This document shows, piece after piece, positions 49,196 through 55,005 of a DNA stretch of 55,005 bases. The DNA lies in contig MQRK01244079.1 in NCBI GenBank assembly GCA_001938485.1, forward strand, positions 8,338 to 63,342. The letters are read 5' to 3'. The DNA comes from Girardia tigrina. Lineage: Eukaryota. Made by a program: the position numbers and the translations under genes. The notes beneath the pieces were generated by a model. It was not told where the DNA came from and made no database searches. It worked only from the letters and a program-made list of their open reading frames with translations. How positions within the stretch are numbered: the first letter of the stretch is position 1; each line of letters opens with the position of its first letter.

Positions 49196-51166
49196 ATGTC
49201 AGAAGCAAATATTGTCATTGAACCAACAAAACCGAAAAAACACGTCACAATCGGCATGATCACGTACATAAGTCTCCATTCGAGCACGAGTGTCATCGCG
49301 GGCCTTCGCGGAAACAAAAGTACGATAAAAGACAGTCAAATCTACGATAATAAGGACCAGAATATAATTTATTTTAGAGTCGATAAAGAAGACGACAAAT
49401 ATAAAGGTCTATATTTACAAGATTCTCAAAACCACTTAGTGTTACCAAAATCCCGAAAACAATGGCACTCACAAATGAGATTTATGTTTTGTTTAATCGC
49501 GATTAATTTCGGTGTCGAAACGATTTACAATTTACCGCTTCGAATAATCAATAATGGCGGTGTGATTTATTTGTTGTGTGTCAGTCTGTTGATGGTGATA
49601 ATTGGGGGGCCCATTTTGTTTGTCGAGATTTATTTGGGTCAGTTTTCCGGGCGCGGTATTCTCCACTGCTGGCGATTCGCCCCGATTACCAAGGGAATCG
49701 GGGTGGCCATGGGTCTGTTGTCGGTGTTCTATTGTATCTACCATTGTGTTTTGTTGGGTTGGATTTTGTTTTACGGGTTGCACGCGTTTAATAAAATAAT
49801 TCCGTGGAATTATTGCTTGAACAGGTGGAATACGCAATTGTGTACCGATACATTAAGTCACACAAAAGTCAACAACACTGAATATTCTGTGGAACAGTAT
49901 TGGTTCCGGCATGTTCTTCTGTTAGATAGGGACAATAGTTTATTTCATTCATTGCAAACGAATGACGAATCTCCACTGAAATTCGCGTCTTTCCTCTTCG
50001 TGTTTCTTCTAATTTGGTTGTTGACGTATTTGAAGTGGTCGTTGATGAGTGTCGTTTTATATTTTCTTGTCTTTTTCCCTGTTATATGCACGGCAGTTTT
50101 AATCGGAATCGGAATCAGTATTCCTGGAACGAAAAACTTTGTCAGTCTTTTTCTTTCGCCAGATTTCAAGAAACTTTATTCGTTGAAAACGTGGCTTGAT
50201 GCTATCGAATTCGTGATTATCGTGTTGAGTTTGAGTTTCGGAGGCGTGATTACGATGTCGAGTTTCTGTCACTTTAAAAACAATATCACTTTTGTTTCGA
50301 TTGTTGTGACTTTAGTTGACTTTTTTTCGTGTCTTTTTCTGTCGATATTTCCGCTTCAGGTTTTAAGTTATTTTACGAACAATTTGGTTGTTACACGAAA
50401 TAATCTATCGGTTAACTCGAAATTGAATCTCATATTTATTTATATTCCTCAAATGCTTGGAATATACGACTGGTCGAATGTCTGGACATTAGTTTACTTT
50501 ATGATGCTGTTTTCGATGGAAATGACAAAATGTTTATCGCTTGCTGAGATTATTATCACCGCCACTTTAGACACATTTCCCTTGCTTCAGATTCACAAGG
50601 GTCTTCGTATATTAGCATTTTTCACTATTTTTATTCTACAATATTCTCTAAGTTTTCTCTACACTGGTCGAAAAGGTTACATTTTTCTATCATTAACGTG
50701 TCTCTTTTCGAGCAGTCTTTGGAACTTGATGATCTGCTTACTGGAAGTCAGTTCCGTTATTTACATTTATGGATGGAATAATTTTTCGAGGGACTTGGAT
50801 ATAATTTCCAATAATCTTCTTTCTTCTCGATGTAGATACATTTTTCTAATATTACTTCCTATAACATTATCAGTTGCAATATTCTTAAAATTATATTTTC
50901 ACGAAAAATTATGGATAAACTATCTGAAAGAAGACATGGAAATCTTTAAACACAGTGACTTCATTTGTCTTGGATTGTACGGAATTTTCTTAATTCCTGT
51001 GCTCGTTTATATAATATATTATATTTGTCGATCACGGAGAACGATTGTATCAACTGTATACAAGGGCTTCAGTCCGGACAAAAGTTGGGGACCATCATTT
51101 AAAAAATACTGGATGGGTGATGAGAGGTACGAATCAAAAATATGTTATTTAAGTCACAATAAATAA
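49196..51166 (+). CDS. SLC6 / sodium:neurotransmitter symporter family protein, intronless and atypical
   Basis: The 656-aa ORF has ~12 hydrophobic segments. SLC6 motifs are RKQW...F, NNGGVIYL, GPILFVEIYLGQFSGRG...W...PITKGIG, the EL2 pair PWNYC...WNTQLC, EQYW, W.DA and YIYGW..FSRDL. AATAAA lies at and after the stop. Confidence 0.92.
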   Translation: MSEANIVIEPTKPKKHVTIGMITYISLHSSTSVIAGLRGNKSTIKDSQIYDNKDQNIIYFRVDKEDDKYKGLYLQDSQNHLVLPKSRKQWHSQMRFMFCLIAINFGVETIYNLPLRIINNGGVIYLLCVSLLMVIIGGPILFVEIYLGQFSGRGILHCWRFAPITKGIGVAMGLLSVFYCIYHCVLLGWILFYGLHAFNKIIPWNYCLNRWNTQLCTDTLSHTKVNNTEYSVEQYWFRHVLLLDRDNSLFHSLQTNDESPLKFASFLFVFLLIWLLTYLKWSLMSVVLYFLVFFPVICTAVLIGIGISIPGTKNFVSLFLSPDFKKLYSLKTWLDAIEFVIIVLSLSFGGVITMSSFCHFKNNITFVSIVVTLVDFFSCLFLSIFPLQVLSYFTNNLVVTRNNLSVNSKLNLIFIYIPQMLGIYDWSNVWTLVYFMMLFSMEMTKCLSLAEIIITATLDTFPLLQIHKGLRILAFFTIFILQYSLSFLYTGRKGYIFLSLTCLFSSSLWNLMICLLEVSSVIYIYGWNNFSRDLDIISNNLLSSRCRYIFLILLPITLSVAIFLKLYFHEKLWINYLKEDMEIFKHSDFICLGLYGIFLIPVLVYIIYYICRSRRTIVSTVYKGFSPDKSWGPSFKKYWMGDERYESKICYLSHNK

Positions 51167-51333
51167 CTCCAAAAAATGTCTAAGTCGTGATCCAATATAT
51201 ATTTAAATAAAATATTGTGTACAATAAAAATATAAATTTCGATTTTTATTATTTTTTTAATTTAAAATTTTTTAACTTTACATTTTATGTAAGATAATGT
51301 CTCAAAAATTATAAATTTTAATGATTAATAATA

Positions 51334-52811
51334 CTTAGGCTGTCCCAAAAGTCCTAAGGTGGCCTTTAAAACACACTAATATTTTACCAAATTTAACCAA
51401 ATTTGGACTGAATATTATTCAGACTGTCATAAATACTGTTAAAATTTGAAACTTACCAAAAAATAATATTATTAACCAACAAAAAAATTAGATGCAGCGA
51501 ATTAAAAAATTTATTTAAAAAAGATATTTTAAAAATTTCTTAAGTAGCAACTTATTCACCATTGTTGTCAATAACCAGCTGACAATAGTTAAAAAGTTTA
51601 TCTAGTTGATTGTTTAATGTTTCTGTTGATAAAGAATTAAAAAAGAATTTACAAGCTTCTTCAATTTCTTCATGTGATTTGAAAACATGATTTTTAAAAC
51701 GTTTCTTCATTTTTGAAAACAAGAATCTGTCACACAGATTAAAATCTGGACTATAGGGCGATTGATAATTTTTTTCAATTTTTCTTCTTTCAAAAAGAGT
51801 TGTTTCTTTGCTAGAATGAGGTCTTGCATTATCATGCCACCACTTAAGTTCCTTTAGCTTGATGCTTTTAGATCTTCGTTTCCGCCTTTTTTCACCGGTA
51901 TCATGAAAAAAGTTCACAATACGCCTCGGAATCAATCTCGGTCCCATATGGCAGTGCTTTTACATTAAAACGTTTGTTGCAGGTAAAGGTTACGAAAACA
52001 AGAGATTTTTTATCAGTCATTGGCGATGGCTTGATCACTTTTGGTGGAACAGCATTAGAAGGAATCCAAACTTTGTGATCTTCTTTCTTTCCTCTACCTT
52101 GGAAAAAGACCCATGTCTCCTCCTCGATCGCTATCTTGGAATATGCTTCATCACCCATCTGTGAAATTACATGGCGTATATACTTTACAGTGTTAATGCG
52201 TTGTTGTTTATTAGCAGCAGAAAGTTCGTGAGGGACCCAAACAGAACAAACTTTTTTTGTAATGAAGTTTTTCACGCAAAATTTTGTGGACTGTGTTTTT
52301 GCCTAAAGAAAGTTCATTTTTAATATAACACAAAGACGCATTTGGAGCTTCATCAATCACTTCTTTGACTGCTTTAATCTTTTCATCGTCTATTAATGAC
52401 GGCTTGCCACTTCTTGATGAATCGTTGAAGGACGTCCGCTTTTCTTTTTTAAAATCACTCAATCATTGTTGAATAGTTTTCAGTGCTGGGTGATTTGCAT
52501 CTTTCCATACCTGCTGAAGTTGCTGAAGAATTTCTGAAGCAGATTTTCCTCTTTTACTTTGAGTTAGAACAAAAAAACGTTGGCAACATTTATTTGGTTC
52601 CATTGTTAAAAACCGCTTGATTTGAATTCGCTGCACTTTTAAAATTTCAATACTTTAATAAAACAAAATTTTACTTTTTTTAATTTTATGCTTTGAAATT
52701 TTAACACAGTATTTATGACAGTTGAATAATATTCAGTCCAAATTTGGTTAAATTTGGTAAAGTATTAGTGTGTTTTTAAAGGCCACTTGATGACTTTTGG
52801 GACAGCCTAAG
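51334..52811 (-). mobile_element. Full-length mariner (DD34D-type) transposon with long TIRs; transposase disabled
   Basis: Termini are TA|CTTAGGCTGTCCCAAAAGTC...GACTTTTGGGACAGCCTAAG|TA, with >100 bp TIR similarity. The ATG is at 52603, followed by WVPHEL, IEEETW, HDNARPH and PYSPDFNLCD, split by frameshifts. Confidence 0.95.
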
Positions 52812-53362
52812 TATTACAATTACATGGGGTGTTCAGAAGGAAACGTAAGAGAAATTAGGTGACTCGTTTAATAAGTATCTGGATTAAGTGCTAAAGGGAA
52901 CCTATATAAAAGGTATATTTTATCATAAAATGTTATATATATATATAGGTTATAATTTCCAATATGTGATCCATTTTGGTCAAAAAATGTCCTTTAATGA
53001 TGCAAAAGTTCCAAATAGTATTTTTGAAGGAAATTAAAGTTCGATATTTTGTCATAAATTTCACTGCAACTTCAAACCTTCTCACAATTAAACACTTGCG
53101 GGTGACCATATTAGAAATGTCTATTATAATCGCAGATTCTAGTACAAGGTGAACATATATTTAAATCATTTATCTGTAACTAATTCATTATTTTCTTATT
53201 GTTAACACCACGTAAAAAGAATTTAATAAAAATAATATTAATAATATTATTCGATGAAAAGGACAAATTACTCCAAACAAGAAAGATGTTTTACAATAAA
53301 TTATATTTGTACTCCCTAGCATGATCTTCACACATACTATATAAATCACACATCACGCACAG

Positions 53363-53970
53363 TGTTAGGGGTTCTTTTTGGTGAACTGTAAATTTTTGAT
53401 ATTTTTATATTATTTTTTTTCAATATTTGAGATAAATTAAAAAAATAATATTTTACTAATTAAAATAAGTTTTATAAAATAAGTTTTTTATTATAGTGTA
53501 ATGATAATATTTTACTAATCAAATTGAAATAACTTTTGAAAGGAATTATATTTAAAAAAATTTAAGTTTATAGATAATATTTTTACTAATTAAAATGAAA
53601 TAAGTTTTATAAAAATTATAGTGTAATGATAATATTTTATTAATTAAATTGAAAGAACTTTTGTAAAAATTAGGTTTAAAAAAATCACAATTAAAATAAC
53701 AGTTTCAAAGTAAAAGAATATTGTAAAGAAGATTTTGATATATCTTGTAACACTTTAAAATAAAAATCATAATGTTCATTGAATTTAATTATCAACGAAA
53801 GTTTTATTAAAAAAAATAATTTATTGAATATTTTAAAATCAAGTTCTAAAAAAAATCATAATGTTTTATTGAATTTAATCAACGGAAATTGTCAACGGAA
53901 ATTCTCATTAAAAAATAATTTATAATTGAATTTTAAAATTAAAGAAAAATTATTTAGGAACTGAATTTTT
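53363..53970 (+). repeat. LTR-like repeat family B, copy 2 (truncated)
   Basis: It starts TGTTAGGGG and is an inverted homologue of 14915-15432. Similarity stops where the TTCGACAC array begins. Confidence 0.7.
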
Positions 53971-54082
53971 GGTTCCATAACAATTCGACACAAGACAATT
54001 CGACACACGACATTTCGACACACGTACTATTCGACACATTTATTAATTCGACATATTTTCGACATATTTTTCATTCGACACA
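53971..54082. repeat. Tandem TTCGACA(C) array, probable MULE-type transposon terminus
   Basis: Seven copies of TTCGACA occur at 11-17 bp spacing after a GG start. The architecture is the same as the MULE end at 40683-40755. Confidence 0.6.
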
Positions 54083-54224
54083 AAATTTAATATGAACAAA
54101 TGTTTTAAAAATTCATGCGTTTACAATACAGTCTACCATATTATTTTGAACATAAATTTCAATTTTTATATTATATGTATATATACATTGTAAAGTAAAA
54201 TCGATATAATAGGGATGAAAATAA

Positions 54225-54265
54225 GACGACGCGTTTCGAGATAATAATAATCCCATCATCAGGTC
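54225..54265 (-). ncRNA. Minimal type I hammerhead ribozyme with a complete catalytic core
   Basis: The minus strand reads GAC-CUGAUGA-U-GGGAU(UAUUAUU)AUCUC-GAAA-CGCG-UC^GUC. Stem I is GAC/GUC, stem II is 5 bp including one G-U, stem III is the palindrome ACGCGU, and the cleavage triplet is GUC. Confidence 0.8.
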
Positions 54266-54782
54266 ACAAAATGCACTAAGCAAGTACACTATATGGAAAC
54301 TTGCCGAAAATAAATAAAATTTATCCAATAAATTATTGAATGAAAATAAATTTATTTCACTTTTCCTTAAAACTAAGAGAAATGCACTAAATGCAATCAA
54401 TCTCATTCTCGCAAACCAACCATTGGCAGCTATCAAATACCATTTGAGAAAACGATATGTTTTTTCTATCGTTCCGCATTTTACAAGGTAACGGAGACAT
54501 ATGATAAAGATGACAACTAACAGCACACCAAAAGCTAATCTTTGAGATGAAACTTCTCACACTCAATGCAATCAACTCAATTTTAGCCTTCTCATCAAAT
54601 CCAAAACAATCCTAAATCTCATCGATGCAATTTGACTGAAATGTCTGACCAAATGGAAATCTGAGAGAACGTTGTGTTCTCTCAACTGTGGGCCTCCCAT
54701 CTCTTTCGAATGCTACTGAGCCTCTAGGCTCTTTAGAGGGTCCACCCAAAATAAAGAATCACTAGCAGCCCCCCGATAGGCC

Positions 54783-55005
54783 TCATACGGGGACGGATAG
54801 TTTCGGTCTCCGAGATCTTTTCGGCTTCCCTGTGAGAAACGACCACCCATGGGTTGTATAGCCATGGTACTGCATACCTTTGGCTATATTCGTGGACTTC
54901 GTACAGCCGCGAAAGGGACATCTGAACTCCCCCCTTGCAGTTAGATCTGCAATCCTAAAAGTCAGATGTGTTTCTTCAGTACCTATCGCTTCTTCCACCG
55001 CCGTC
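54783..55005 (-). CDS. C-terminal end of an ORF with a C2H2-type zinc finger, probably a retroelement ORF running off the window
   Basis: FRCPFRGCTKSTNIAKGMQYHGYTTHG (C-x4-C-x12-H-x4-H) is followed by a basic tail. The region is GC-rich relative to its surroundings. Confidence 0.45.
   Translation of the reverse strand, partial: TAVEEAIGTEETHLTFRIADLTARGEFRCPFRGCTKSTNIAKGMQYHGYTTHGWSFLTGKPKRSRRPKLSVPV

Noticed and set aside
49532-50199. Short overlapping and antisense ORFs within the SLC6 gene
   Set aside because: They are by-products of the locally higher GC content of the real CDS.

Overview
This is very AT-rich eukaryotic DNA, most likely from an invertebrate animal; it has a short GT-AG intron, an SLC6 gene and an AADC remnant. 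The draft assembly has N gaps, and the window is dominated by decayed and nested transposable elements. Only one gene is clearly intact: an intronless, atypical SLC6 Na+:neurotransmitter-symporter family CDS (49196-51166 +). There is also an intron-bearing pseudogene fragment of aromatic L-amino-acid decarboxylase (6427-6778). LTR elements include four Ty3/Gypsy-type solo LTRs with 4-bp TSDs, two of them nested in one gag ORF, and a Gypsy element with unusually short (~75 bp) LTRs. DNA transposons include a near-intact IR/DR-type Tc1, mariner, maT/DD37D, IS630-like, MULE and hAT relics. Penelope-like retroelements are also present. The most notable hidden signal is a set of minimal hammerhead-ribozyme motifs (CUGAUGA...GAAA...UH). 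One has a complete core (54225-54265 -), one has an intact core but weak stem I (24641-24686 -), and a decayed copy lies at the end of the Penelope element (48905-48940 +). All calls come from reading the sequence by eye; no searches or folding programs were run.
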